Shown here: in pieces, positions 1 to 11,183 of the stretch
Layout of the letters: the number at the start of each line of letters is the position of its first letter
Numbering within the stretch: position 1 is the stretch's first letter
Origin: Trichomonas gallinae
Taxonomy: Eukaryota
Reading direction: 5' to 3'
Assembly (NCBI GenBank): GCA_008369845.1
Contig: MRSU01002614.1
Location: forward strand, 1-41,149
Length of the DNA: 41,149 nt
Translations under genes and position numbers: made by a program
The notes under the pieces: model-generated
The model's input: only the letters and a program-made list of their open reading frames with translations
What the model was told of the DNA's origin: nothing
The model's database searches: none

Positions 1-721
1 ATATCATTATAGATCTATAATTTTCCCGACCATTTTGCCAAAGTATTCAAAATTGAGAGAAAACCGTTTCCGGCTTCGACTGACTTTACCGGCTTCAAAA
101 AGGGGTCACTGGCAAGATAAAACCTTTTTTATAGAATTGCCTTTTATTGATTGATATGATATTATATGATCACACACTTTCAAATTGTAATATATGTACA
201 TGATATTAAGAGTTCGGCGATTAAAATTAATTCATTTTATTTTTTGGATCATTGTGGAAATGGCAGAAAATGTATTTTACATCATGGATATTGTAATGAT
301 ATACCACAGATCTGCATTAATATTATTAATTTTTTTTGGATTTCAAAGTTTCTCGGATCCGGCGGAGATCATTTGAAATAATTATATACTACATGATACC
401 AACATAAACTTGATTTGATTAATATTTACAGTTAACAATTTTCAATTTGCTCGATGATGCATTTCAAACTTAATTCAACTTGTATATTCATTCTAATGAT
501 ATAAATATCACATATTCCAATTCATCGTTGAGTTCTATCGAATCTAAAAAAACATCATTGACTCAAACGCAAAATTCAATAAACCATATATACACCATAA
601 GCGTTAAACACATGCTGAGAACAAGCAAAAGTCAAACGATCTATATTTTTTCAAGGTCATGATCCAAAAACTGCCGTGACAGTAAAAACCGTCAAACAAC
701 TCACAGTCTGCCACAGATCAA

Positions 722-1159
722 ATGTCTCAGTTTCAGTCGTGGATCTTAGACATGATCATTATGGATGGAACGGTGGGCGACTTGAATCCACCTCCCATGG
801 GCGCTGTGTGGCTCATTGTAAGCGCAGATGGAATTCCAAGGCCGTTTAGCACTACAGCTTGCGGATTTTCAAATCATCTTACATGGAATTTTCCTGCAAG
901 GTTGATATTACAATTCAACGATGTTAGCAGATCTTACATGTACGTTACACTTTGCACGCATGGAATGAATGGAACTTCCGTAGAAGTTTTGGGGCGCTCT
1001 AGAATTGGCTTGAGGGCTCTTCCTATTGGAAGCCCGAAAGTTTTCGAGTTCCCTATTATGCACCCTTCGAATTCTGCACAAGTTGTTTTGAATTGTCGTA
1101 TTAAAGCAACTTTATCATCGATAACAGCAAGCTATGCTAAGCCTCCGAACGCTTTTTAG
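722..1159 (+). CDS. Hypothetical protein, possibly a single C2-like beta-sandwich domain (145 aa)
   Basis: Clean ATG-TAG ORF, GC-richer than its flanks, TCA just before the ATG. The pattern FSTT...LTWNF...MYVTL...VLGRSRIGLRAL resembles C2-domain strands (fold call is inference). Confidence 0.6.
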   Translation: MSQFQSWILDMIIMDGTVGDLNPPPMGAVWLIVSADGIPRPFSTTACGFSNHLTWNFPARLILQFNDVSRSYMYVTLCTHGMNGTSVEVLGRSRIGLRALPIGSPKVFEFPIMHPSNSAQVVLNCRIKATLSSITASYAKPPNAF

Positions 1160-1266
1160 TAGAATTATGGTATTAGTTTTCTATTTCTTTTTGTTTGTAA
1201 ATAATATTGTATTTTATTGCTTAGTCTTCCTTTCTTTTGAGCTTTTATTGATAGTTGCATCACTTT

Positions 1267-1314
1267 GACATTATCTATTTTGATTCTAATGACGTTTTCT
1301 ATTTTGATTCTAAT
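1267..1314. repeat. 24-bp tandem duplication (2 copies)
   Basis: gacattatctattttgattctaat (1267-1290) and gacgttttctattttgattctaat (1291-1314), 22/24 identical. Confidence 0.75.
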
Positions 1315-3193
1315 TATAAGAAACAGAATCATCATATTATCAAAATTCAACCAATTTATCATCGAATAGATTTCATTTTAATGTAAACAGACGATTTATT
1401 AAAAGATATTTTTTGAATGAAAAATTTTGTTCTTAGATATTTCATTGTATGTGAATTATAAGGTTGATTGGAAAAATAATTTCATTTGATACTGCAAATG
1501 ATGACTTTGAAGCCTTAATCGAATAATATATCATATTTTACATGATGCGGTATCGTTCCAATGAAAATGTGAAATGCAGCTTTAGGATGATATATATAAA
1601 TATATGTCAAATCGATGCATTTGTTTAGTAAAAATCAATATTGATTAATAATCTATTTATTTAAAGCTAAAATATCGGAGGAAAATCATTTCTTCATAAA
1701 GGATTCAATTCCTGATATCTATATAGCAAATCACAGTATTGTCCTTAAAAGTCCGAAATTTTTTGGCTTATACTATCTTAGGAAGTTTCATGTAAATCAT
1801 TTCAAATTAACTATGTTATTATATATATATATTGGTATTGTGCATAATGCAATGATAATATTAAGCACTGTTTTATCATTCAGATGAATGTATGCATCAT
1901 GGAACATTGTTGTACATCATGGATTAATACTTGCATATCTACTTCCTAGTGCATCATTTATCTTTTGAAATTTTGAATTTAGCGTTAATATTGATTAATG
2001 CCATCTCATTAGACACAATGTATGAACATAATATATTGAACATTATTTTCAGATACTATGCATTTTGGTTTTTCAGATGAATTATGGGGTACAACACAGA
2101 TCATATACATATAGATGGATCTAAAGTCATTGATTTGAACTACCAAAAACTTATGTATAGCAGAGTACTGATGTCTTTGCTAATTAATATGATATTTTGT
2201 TTTTAATTGTTTCAGATGAAAATAATTGTCACATACAATGAGGAATCGAAGTAAAGTTGTTATGTTAGAATGATGTTTTCCGAAGAAAAATATTAATTTG
2301 TGCAGTTCATGAATAGGCGTTGATTTATACTGTTTAAACAAATCCATATGAAAAGTAATGATTAATTGATGTACTGTCAATGCATATTTTCGTTCAGTTG
2401 GGAATAAAAAATTGAACAATATGTGATGTCATATGTATTTAATTGCATAGTTTAATTATACATAGGATAGAAATCACTAATTAAATGTTTAAACCCGCAA
2501 AGATTCAACCGTAACAGTTGATTGAAATCATTAATGACTGATCTTACGAAATATTTGATCTGCATTTATCACATGATGTGTGGGTAATCATGGTTTTTGG
2601 TATAAATTGCAATTTTAAGCACCCGTAACAAAATAAAATTATCCATTCAAAAGGTAAAATCGTAAAATTTTATTGTTTTCATCGTCCATATTTACAATAG
2701 ATAAGTATTAGAACAAAACAAAATAAATTTTGAATGCGAATTGAAAACTTCCATGCTTTTTAGAGTGTGATATATATATATTAAAATAAAGATAAAATAT
2801 GTGATTGGTAAAAATTTCTTTACTTATCAAAATATTGCATTAACCAAACTATATGATTGATTATTATTAGCACATCACATTGTTCGAAATTTTTCGTTAT
2901 AACCAAATGTTATTGATTTCCATCACACTACCTATTGCCAAATTCTCGTAATGTTTTGAAAGCACTCAGAAATATTTGAATGCATTCAAAATGATTTAAA
3001 TTTCACATTTGATTGAGGAGTAATACTACTGTTGTATTATTGCATTTATTTAGTATAACACAATTGAGCCATAGCATAAAATGATTAAATATTGAACCTA
3101 AAAAAATATAAACGCACTATAATAATATTAACATATTGACACATAGGATAAAGCAAAGAAAATTTTCATAAGAATTTTTATAAAATCACAAGA

Positions 3194-3919
3194 ATGGACT
3201 CAGAATCTGATGATGAGTTCGATATCAAGACTTATTCGAAAAGACAGAATATATCATCTGTTTCATCTGTACTCAAGCAAGTTATCCAGCGCTGCGAAAA
3301 AACAAAGCCACAAAAGATTAATGTTATTACTTTGGCTCATCAATATCAAGGCAACCATAGGAGGCTATATGAACTATTCAATGTACTTAACTATTTTGGA
3401 GTTACAAAAACAGTTGGTCGCGGTAAACTGTCATGGATCGGATTCTCATCAATGGATTCTCATTTCGAAAATTCATATTTTAAGATAGAAGAGGATAGTA
3501 TGACTCGCTCCCTACAAGATATTTATGTACTGAAAGAAATTCCTTCACTTGGCGAAATTGCGGAAATAATTTTGTCGCTTTATCCTTTCCTCGGAGTATC
3601 TACGTTGGATATTAAGACAGTATCACATATATTAAGCATGAAAGTCGCTGACAAAAAGAGTTGCGAGCGAAAAATATACCTTGCATTATCATTACTGGAA
3701 ACTATTGGCTGTGTTGAACATCAGCCTCGCAGCAATAGCTATAAAGTATTACTAGATATCAAAAAGCTTATTGATAAGAGCCAAAAGCATTTATCAGACA
3801 TGGATTCAGCTAATCCTAATAATATCATTAGTTTGCTTAATAGAACATGCGACACAATGCTGTTATCCCAAAGGTCTGAGAGACAAAGAGTTTTTATGAA
3901 TTTGTTGAATGTTCACTGA
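3194..3919 (+). CDS. E2F/DP-family winged-helix DNA-binding protein with two tandem domains (241 aa)
   Basis: RRLYELFNVLNYFGV...GKLSWIG matches the E2F RRxYDxxNVL...WxG signature. A second degenerate copy reads ERKIYLALSLLETIGCV...NSY. TCACA initiator-like sequence just upstream. Confidence 0.75.
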   Translation: MDSESDDEFDIKTYSKRQNISSVSSVLKQVIQRCEKTKPQKINVITLAHQYQGNHRRLYELFNVLNYFGVTKTVGRGKLSWIGFSSMDSHFENSYFKIEEDSMTRSLQDIYVLKEIPSLGEIAEIILSLYPFLGVSTLDIKTVSHILSMKVADKKSCERKIYLALSLLETIGCVEHQPRSNSYKVLLDIKKLIDKSQKHLSDMDSANPNNIISLLNRTCDTMLLSQRSERQRVFMNLLNVH

Positions 3920-4095
3920 TTAAAATTGAATCCAAAATCAAAAATTTGTGTAATTGTAGCGTCATAGCCATATATTTGTTAAACATCAATTTATTAATAT
4001 TTTATTTTGTATTTTTCTAATGCTTATTCGTTGATTTAATAATATGAAATTATAAATATCAATAAACTTCATTATCAATTCATCATTGATGATAA

Positions 4096-4272
4096 ATGGA
4101 TGAAATCGAGAAAATTCTTTCACATTTGGAATGGATGAAGAATCATTTTCATTCATGGATTAACTTGCAGCAAAAGGACTCTACAAGCAATCTTTATAGC
4201 AGTTTATGCCGTATTAATGCAGTGAACACGAGTACTCGAAAGCATTTATTTGATGAGCATTCAAAAGAGTAA
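4096..4272 (+). CDS. Possible small ORF (58 aa, MDEIEKILSHLEWMKNHFHSW...), below the ORF-track cutoff
   Basis: ATG at 4096, TAA at 4270-4272, preceded by an Inr-like TCATCATT. No recognisable domain. Confidence 0.25.
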   Translation: MDEIEKILSHLEWMKNHFHSWINLQQKDSTSNLYSSLCRINAVNTSTRKHLFDEHSKE

Positions 4273-4599
4273 AATAATGAACTCTATTTATATATTTGAT
4301 CATTTTAAGCTTTTATAATCTCAAAAAAATACCACACAGCTTTCATTTGTACAAATTTTTGTGAATTATTGAGAATATAAATTAACTTATGTAATACGTG
4401 ATAATATAGGGTACATTTTCATTAGATAGTTAGTGGATAAGGCTAAGCTTGCTAACAAATAATTTGATAAAAATATATCAAAAATTTCTCTAAAAAGCTG
4501 TGATTTACCTTAGAAATAATATTGAAATAAGGCTGTGCTATTAACGAACAATGCAAAAAACATTTTATTCCAATAATAAAAAAATAATATAAAGACGTA

Positions 4600-5694
4600 T
4601 TAGAAATCATCAATCAAGAATGGCTGTCTGAAGGAGCCCTGCTGCTGCATGTCACCGTATGATGTAATATGGTTCATACCGTATGATTCATCTTTAATTG
4701 ATTCGAGAAGAGCTCCCCATGATAAGCCAGGCTGCTGTCCATCAATTGGGATCTCGACTTCATTTCCTGAATCAACTGGAAGTGATGGTTCTGGTGGCGG
4801 AGGTGTTGAAACGCCATATTTTCTTACAATACTTTCTAATCTTTGCAATTTAGAAAGTGTTTGATCGATAACTGATATCAAAAGATCCTTCAATGGCTGG
4901 CTTAAGCCTCTAATAACAGGCATCTGGACACATCTTGTTAATTGGGCTCCTGGTTCTTGTGCCCATTCAATTCTCATAACTTTCTGCATCAAAACCATGC
5001 GACGGCCTTCTGATACCATTTCTTCAGCGTTCTGAATGTTTTGGAGCAGTTCTGCAGAGATTATGTGCGAATTTATTGCTTCACGAATTTCTTTTTGCAA
5101 ATTATCGATATTGATAATATCTGAGTCAATATTTGCGAATATTTTGAGTGCATATCGTAATTTTTCGCCTGAGAGGACCTCAGCTTCAACATTAGAGATT
5201 GCGCCGCACATTAATCTCCACCAAGACCAAACATCGCAAACTGACTCTTCAACGGTCATCCTCTTTGGTTGTCCAGCGAAGTAAAGGCGAACATGACCAC
5301 GGCCAGCCGTCTTTGAGTGAATTTGGAAGAAGAAATCTGCACTACTGTTTAAAGATGCAGCTCTGACTTGAAAACCTGCTTGATGTGTAGCATATCGCTC
5401 GGTGAATACTTTGACGCCATTTTCAACTAATAAATCGATGAATTGATCTGAGATAGATTTAACTTTCGCGTTTCCATAATCGCAGATGAAGAAATGCACG
5501 ACAGGAGCTCTTGGTACCAAAACATTTGGTGACATTGGCGGAGAAGCCAGGTTTAGAGCTTGGTTAATAAACATCGATGGGGAGTAAGCTGCGTTATTTT
5601 GCGGCGGCGGGTTCAAAACATTCTGCACGCCAGATACATTTGTCGAAACTATAACAGTTTTGTTCGGGCGAGTGATTACAATTGGTGCTGTCAT
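4600..5694 (-). CDS. Hypothetical protein (364 aa): Pro-rich N-terminus, candidate HGTP anticodon-binding-like (NCOA5-like) domain, helical C-terminal half
   Basis: Long, relatively GC-rich ORF. The domain call is inferred from the secondary-structure pattern of aa ~65-160. Confidence 0.75.
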   Translation of the reverse strand: MTAPIVITRPNKTVIVSTNVSGVQNVLNPPPQNNAAYSPSMFINQALNLASPPMSPNVLVPRAPVVHFFICDYGNAKVKSISDQFIDLLVENGVKVFTERYATHQAGFQVRAASLNSSADFFFQIHSKTAGRGHVRLYFAGQPKRMTVEESVCDVWSWWRLMCGAISNVEAEVLSGEKLRYALKIFANIDSDIINIDNLQKEIREAINSHIISAELLQNIQNAEEMVSEGRRMVLMQKVMRIEWAQEPGAQLTRCVQMPVIRGLSQPLKDLLISVIDQTLSKLQRLESIVRKYGVSTPPPPEPSLPVDSGNEVEIPIDGQQPGLSWGALLESIKDESYGMNHITSYGDMQQQGSFRQPFLIDDF

Positions 5695-6783
5695 TTAAAG
5701 AATTAAAATTGAAAGCTTTACAGAACAAACAATCCCCTGTTTTAACCATTTTTCTGAGACTTTTATTCAATTTTGAATTAACTCTGGCCTCCCCCTGCAT
5801 AATTTATTAATAAATTTGGCCAATCATTGTTTTACCCAGCTTACAATAGTAAACAAGATTTGCATTATCAATTGTTAGGAACCTAATCTAAATAAACAGC
5901 CCCTTTAATTTATTATTTTTTAGTCATTTGTCTATCATTGATGCATGAACCCATATATGTCTTTGAAATATCGACTGCTTACAGACAAAGTAAATTATTC
6001 TATGAAGAATATTGCTCAATTAATGAATTTAATAAATTTTGTCGAATTAAATAATGACATTTTGAGCTTTTATCCATGTTATGTTTAAATAGTATTGTGT
6101 AATATATAAGGATAGTAGATCTATTTGCGATTATTCTTCGATATTCACGAATTCCGCAATCCATTAGCATTATTGACGCTTCTACATCATATGTTTGAAA
6201 TATACAGATCAAAAGCAGCTTATTTATCAAAAGATTTTACCTCATAACGTATACAAAAAATCTCTGTGAAATTTCTAAATCCTCAAATTTAAAGGATAAT
6301 TGCTTAATGATAAGTCTCTTTCAGTCTTATATACATATTTGCAGGTTTCATTTCGCCATTTGTTGATCAATTTCATATAAAAATAAACTTACGTTAATAT
6401 CGCTCAAATTAAAAAATGATTGATTTGATAATAGAATGTTATAATAATAAATTTTTAAAAACTCTCTTAACGAACTTTTCAATACACAAGTACGGACATT
6501 TTTTCCAATTCATGTAGATGACCATTATTCCTATGTATTTTAGAATATATTCGAATCAGCCCATTCAAAAGCTCACAAAAATGAATGCGATAACTTTATA
6601 TATTTTGACATGTAATTTAATTGACTGCCACAAAACAATAAACACTCCATTTTTTGGATTTATAATTATCTCCTTATATATATAATAAAAAACTAGCGAA
6701 TCGGGATAGAAAATATTTGTTGGAAATTTAATAAAATCTTATCACATTGAATTTAGATCATTCAAAAATATCAAATCAAATAA

Positions 6784-7674
6784 ATGCACAAGAGTCGCTC
6801 ATACGATCCTACATTGTTCAAAACCAATGTTATAGTGATGTCATACGTCATGCTGGGATTCGTATTCTTGAAGATCATAGGAAAATACAGACTTCTCTTC
6901 CTGATGCTATTGATTTTTACGGCAGTGTTTGTACGAACAGAGAAAATACTAAAGACAGTAATCAGCAAAATGATAAGGACCAGTTCTTATTACTTCAAGA
7001 AGCCTTCTTTCCTTTTACAATGGGGACATATCATGTTAACAGTTTGCGGCTTGTCATATTGGTCATTGCAATCTCCACTACTCAGACAGATGACTTTAAT
7101 GTCCACAATCCTTAATACATGTGTTAAATCCCTGATCGTCTTTTCATTTGCTTCAGCCGCTAAGTGTTATATGATTGGCACAGAGATTCTGCCAATCAAG
7201 TACATCCGCCATGGATTTTTCGCTATCTTTGCCCGTGCTGTCGTTTTGTTTAGATGCTTTTTCTGCACTTCAAGATGGTTTGTCCAAATTTGTGGTGAGA
7301 ATGCAAATACATACCAAGTTCTATCCCTACATAGCACCATTCACAGCCTCTTCTATTTAGTGATCAAAATTATTCTTTTAGGCTGGCTCGTCTACGATTT
7401 CATTCAGTCTATCAGGAAGTATAAAGTTAACTCAGAGGTTGCCTTAAAGCCAGCTCCAAAAGAGAAATGCACAGAACCTTGCATTGTTTGCATGAATGAA
7501 ATAGTAGAAGGAGTTCAACTCGATTGTGGTGATGTTTTCTGCTATAAATGTGCAAGAAAATGGCTTTCAATCAGCCCTGTTTGCCCATTATGCAGAAGAT
7601 CAATTCGAGTTCCTAAGAAACTCGAGCTGAGCGATGGATATATCCCATTTGGTGTTGTGTTTAGTATTTTTTAA
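6784..7674 (+). CDS. Multi-pass membrane protein with C-terminal RING finger (RNFT-like architecture, putative E3 ligase)
   Basis: Several hydrophobic segments, then CIVC-x11-CGDVFCYKC-x10-CPLCR. Confidence 0.85.
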   Translation: MHKSRSYDPTLFKTNVIVMSYVMLGFVFLKIIGKYRLLFLMLLIFTAVFVRTEKILKTVISKMIRTSSYYFKKPSFLLQWGHIMLTVCGLSYWSLQSPLLRQMTLMSTILNTCVKSLIVFSFASAAKCYMIGTEILPIKYIRHGFFAIFARAVVLFRCFFCTSRWFVQICGENANTYQVLSLHSTIHSLFYLVIKIILLGWLVYDFIQSIRKYKVNSEVALKPAPKEKCTEPCIVCMNEIVEGVQLDCGDVFCYKCARKWLSISPVCPLCRRSIRVPKKLELSDGYIPFGVVFSIF

Positions 7675-8108
7675 TGCTTTATTTCCCATGATATGTGTTT
7701 TGTTTATTTTCCATTTTAATTTCTGAATTAAATGTTTTCTATCCATGTTTTTATGTTAAATTTCCTCATTATAGCTTATTTTTCATTCACACAAGGCTGA
7801 ATTACAACAATTTTATTTAGAAATATTATTTATATTGGAATCATGCAAATTTGAATAAAGATTATTTTTTAAATCTATACAGTTATTATATTCATGTGAT
7901 GATTTGCTTCAATATTTAACATCATTTCAAAATTAATGAATACCACAGCTATTAGATGCTTGATATAGAATGAATATCCTCTATATAATATAAATATTCG
8001 TGGTAGACTTTTATTGAACCAAATCAAATAAATATTTCTGATAAATCGGGAGAAATTTTGTGTCAAGGCTCGCGAGTTCGATTATTTTATCCTTAATGGA
8101 TATAGGCA

Positions 8109-8252
8109 TTATTTATTAATAAAGGGGATGTTAATATCTGCACCTTTGGAAATTAGGAAATCTATAAAATCGTGGTTAATTTTAATTGCTTTTAAGCACA
8201 AACCAAGGAGAGTATTACCGTCTTTGCCGCGTAAGTTGATTCCTATATGCCA
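8109..8252 (-). pseudogene. Ankyrin-repeat gene remnant
   Basis: Minus frame reads *WHIGINLRGKDGNTLLGLCLKAIKINHDFIDFLISKGADINIPFINK*, one full ankyrin repeat bounded by stops with no ATG. Confidence 0.75.
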
Positions 8253-8609
8253 TCATATATAAGATTTGACTTCGAGTATTATAAGGTTCTAAAATTCAAC
8301 GCGTTTGTTGACTTCAAGAATATGTTGTCAAGTAACATGACCAATTGAAATATGTGAACCAGAAATATTATAAACAAGATAATTAAAAACAAGAAACATC
8401 GAAGAATTAATATGAAATTTATTTGATTTGTTGTTTGATTTGAAATTTTCTTTCTTCGAAAGAATTAATGCATAAGTGTTAAAATGTTAGTATAAAGTAG
8501 CTAGTTAATGCATAAAAGCATAGGGAATAACTTAAATCAAAAGCTTTGTGTAGTTTAAAGTTGTTATGATGCATAATTACATAGTATTATATGGTACTTT
8601 CAGCATGCA

Positions 8610-9416
8610 TTATTTAGGAAATAATTTATAAAATCCAAGTTTGTATTTCAAGTGTACTATAGCAACTGCAGCCTTATATATCATGATTTCAGCCATATCA
8701 TGGTTATAATCCCCATCAACATCAATGATATCTATATCAAGATTGCGATATTGAGATATTTGGTAAGCTTCAAATGCGGATGATATACCTACACTATGCA
8801 CATCTGGAAAAACTGTATCAAAACCTTCTTTTGAAATTGCAGCAATTTTGTAAAATAATGAAGGAATGTAGCCATCTGCTGGATATTTATCTGCAAAATT
8901 AACAAATTTTATTACTGGTTTATCAGGAATTGTGAAATTCGAAAGGTATTGAAAATAATTGGAATCAATTATATATTTTCCGTGCGATTTAAGGGCTCCA
9001 GCAATAAAATAGAGGATTCCTGAATTATGAATTGATAAAATCTGTAATTTTAATGGATTCAGTTGTTTAAATCGTGATAGGAAGCTCGGAACAGTATATA
9101 CGATTTCATCTGTAACAAAGATAAGTTCGTAGTTATAAGATTTTAATTGCTTGTCAATGTATTTCAAATCTTCATAAAATTTCGAAATTAAATTTTCATT
9201 GAATGCGTTCATAAAGTATATTATTGATACTTCAATGCCATCATATTGAGATGTATTTACATTCTGCTTGTTCATTTTCGATTTTTCGAATGCGGATTTT
9301 TGTCTTTCGTATGGAGTCCTGTTTGAGAAGTAATAATGATACGATAAGTATATAAACATAGCAAAAATCAACATGACGATGACCAAAATGAACAATAAAA
9401 TTATTGGTGAAAACAT
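8610..9416 (-). CDS. Membrane-anchored, divergent GT2 / Alg5-like (dolichyl-phosphate glucosyltransferase-like) protein
   Basis: First ATG at 9416 (the track start at 9449 is non-ATG). N-terminal TM helix. EVSIIYFMNAFNE...YELIFVTDE...GALKSHGKYII parallels Alg5 LSVVVPAYNE...YEIIVVDDG...GxLxSRGxYIL. Confidence 0.6.
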   Translation of the reverse strand: MFSPIILLFILVIVMLIFAMFIYLSYHYYFSNRTPYERQKSAFEKSKMNKQNVNTSQYDGIEVSIIYFMNAFNENLISKFYEDLKYIDKQLKSYNYELIFVTDEIVYTVPSFLSRFKQLNPLKLQILSIHNSGILYFIAGALKSHGKYIIDSNYFQYLSNFTIPDKPVIKFVNFADKYPADGYIPSLFYKIAAISKEGFDTVFPDVHSVGISSAFEAYQISQYRNLDIDIIDVDGDYNHDMAEIMIYKAAVAIVHLKYKLGFYKLFPK

Positions 9417-9632
9417 GATTAATCTTACAACTATAAAAATGATAGACAATTAGATTATGATTATTGTGGTAATAAGCTAAAGTATGAAAGTTGTTATAAT
9501 TTTTATTTGATAAAAAATTTCTCAAATTTGTACTATTTATCATCAAAAAATCGCGATTGTTGAATCAATGTTCTTCATTTGGGTTTATAACAGGTAAAGA
9601 TATCAAATTTATTTACAAAGAAATATTATAAA

Positions 9633-10220
9633 TTAGCAGCCACAGCCTTGGTTTTGTGTATTTGGTTTTGGTTGTGGGAGTGGAGCTGGCTTATCTGTTT
9701 GCGGTGGTGCATTCTTCATATATTGCTGAACACCCATTTGGAAGAGGCGATCGATGCCAATTCCTGAAATAGCGCTTGTCTCTACAAACAATGCATCATT
9801 CTCAGCAGCGAATTTCTGAGCGACCTCTGGTTCAGGAGATTTTGTTTCTTCACGATCAATTTTATTAGCGCAAACAACTATAACAGTATTCTTATCAACG
9901 TTTGCACGAAGCTCTTTGATCCAGTAGCTAACAGATTGGTAAGTTTGTGGTCTAATAACATCATACACAATAATTGCGATAGCAGCGCAACGGTAGTACA
10001 TTGGTGCTAATCCTCTGTAAACCTCTTGACCTGCTGTATCCCAAATGAGTAGTTCAAAGTCGTGTCCGTCAACATTTATTTCTTTCGTAACAAATGCAGC
10101 GCCAACAGTTGGCTTCACGGATAGTTGCACAACACCGGTCGTATATCTATTGACAATGGATGTTTTTCCGACACCGCTGTCTCCAAGGAGAACAACTTTG
10201 ACCGTAGTGGCAGATGACAT
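9633..10220 (-). CDS. Rab-family small GTPase (Rab5/22-like)
   Basis: GDSGVGKT, PTVGAAF, IWDTAGQE, LAPMYYR, NKID, ETSA, and a C-terminal CGC prenylation motif. True ATG at 10220. Confidence 0.95.
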   Translation of the reverse strand: MSSATTVKVVLLGDSGVGKTSIVNRYTTGVVQLSVKPTVGAAFVTKEINVDGHDFELLIWDTAGQEVYRGLAPMYYRCAAIAIIVYDVIRPQTYQSVSYWIKELRANVDKNTVIVVCANKIDREETKSPEPEVAQKFAAENDALFVETSAISGIGIDRLFQMGVQQYMKNAPPQTDKPAPLPQPKPNTQNQGCGC

Positions 10221-11183
10221 TATTAGGGGAATGAAATTTGACAAAAATTATTTTTCATATTTTTGTTTTTTAAAGCCTCTACAAAAGGTTTTGAAGATTA
10301 TTATCCCGATTGTTCACTAGTATAAGATGTGTCAATGTTAGTGGAATGATAAAAATATATCTATATATAACATAATAGAAAGAAAAAAACGAAAACATGA
10401 TTTTGAAATTTAATGAGGGGGAGACACGAATTGTTTAAAAATTTTTCATCGTTTTTTTAGATATTATACAATATTCATTTATTTTAATCATATGTATAGG
10501 TCCAGAAAGAGTGTTATATTGTTTTGTAGCTTTTTGATTTCATAATTCTTTTGCTACATCAAGAATATTTGATTTGAAATCGAAACCAATTTTTATTTAA
10601 TTTTATGAATAGATTATGCAATTTTGATCTTATATAGCTTAACTATTGCTATGATTTTGTTTATTTTGTTAATTATAGTTTTGCGAAAATTTAAACAATG
10701 AATTAATGGTTCGTAAATCAATGTTGATGGATATTAGCGAAAATATAAATAAAAACCAAATAGATAGTCAATTATTTTGATAATATAAATTTTGAGATTC
10801 ATATTTTGCTTTATTTTGTCATTAATTACAATTACAATTATATATCAGTATAGTATAACTTTTGCTCATATAGTTTAAGGCTATTTCCATATAAAATTTG
10901 AAGCAAATCAAAATTAAAAATATTTTGTTGTAAGCCCAAAGTATATATGCATCTTTTGACTTATATAATTATATTTAATTCGATTGACTTATAAATATTT
11001 TTGTGAATTAAAAATGAAAGCTATAATGTGCAAATTTAAAATTTCGTAAGAACTTCCATCACAGGCACATGACATTTCGGTCTTTCCAGGTTTCATCATT
11101 GTAATTTTTGAAAAAAATTGTTCAAAAAAGCTATTATTTCCTTGATTTTTAAGTAAATATGCTACTTAACTTGACTACTTTGC

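Noticed and set aside
13..120. Open frame IYNFPDHFAKVFKIERKPFPASTDFTGFKKGSLAR* at the window start
   Set aside because: In-frame TAG at 10-12, no ATG and no trichomonad branch/3' splice motif; it cannot be assigned without upstream sequence.
166..662. Short track ORFs 166-381, 194-376 and 480-662
   Set aside because: AT-rich, overlapping and domain-less; at most heavily decayed ankyrin-like traces.
8095..8254. Imperfect inverted complementarity (GGATATAGGCAT vs TTCCTATATGCC) and a B-box-like GAGTTCGATT near 8074
   Set aside because: No cloverleaf or TSD; the region is better explained as an ankyrin remnant.
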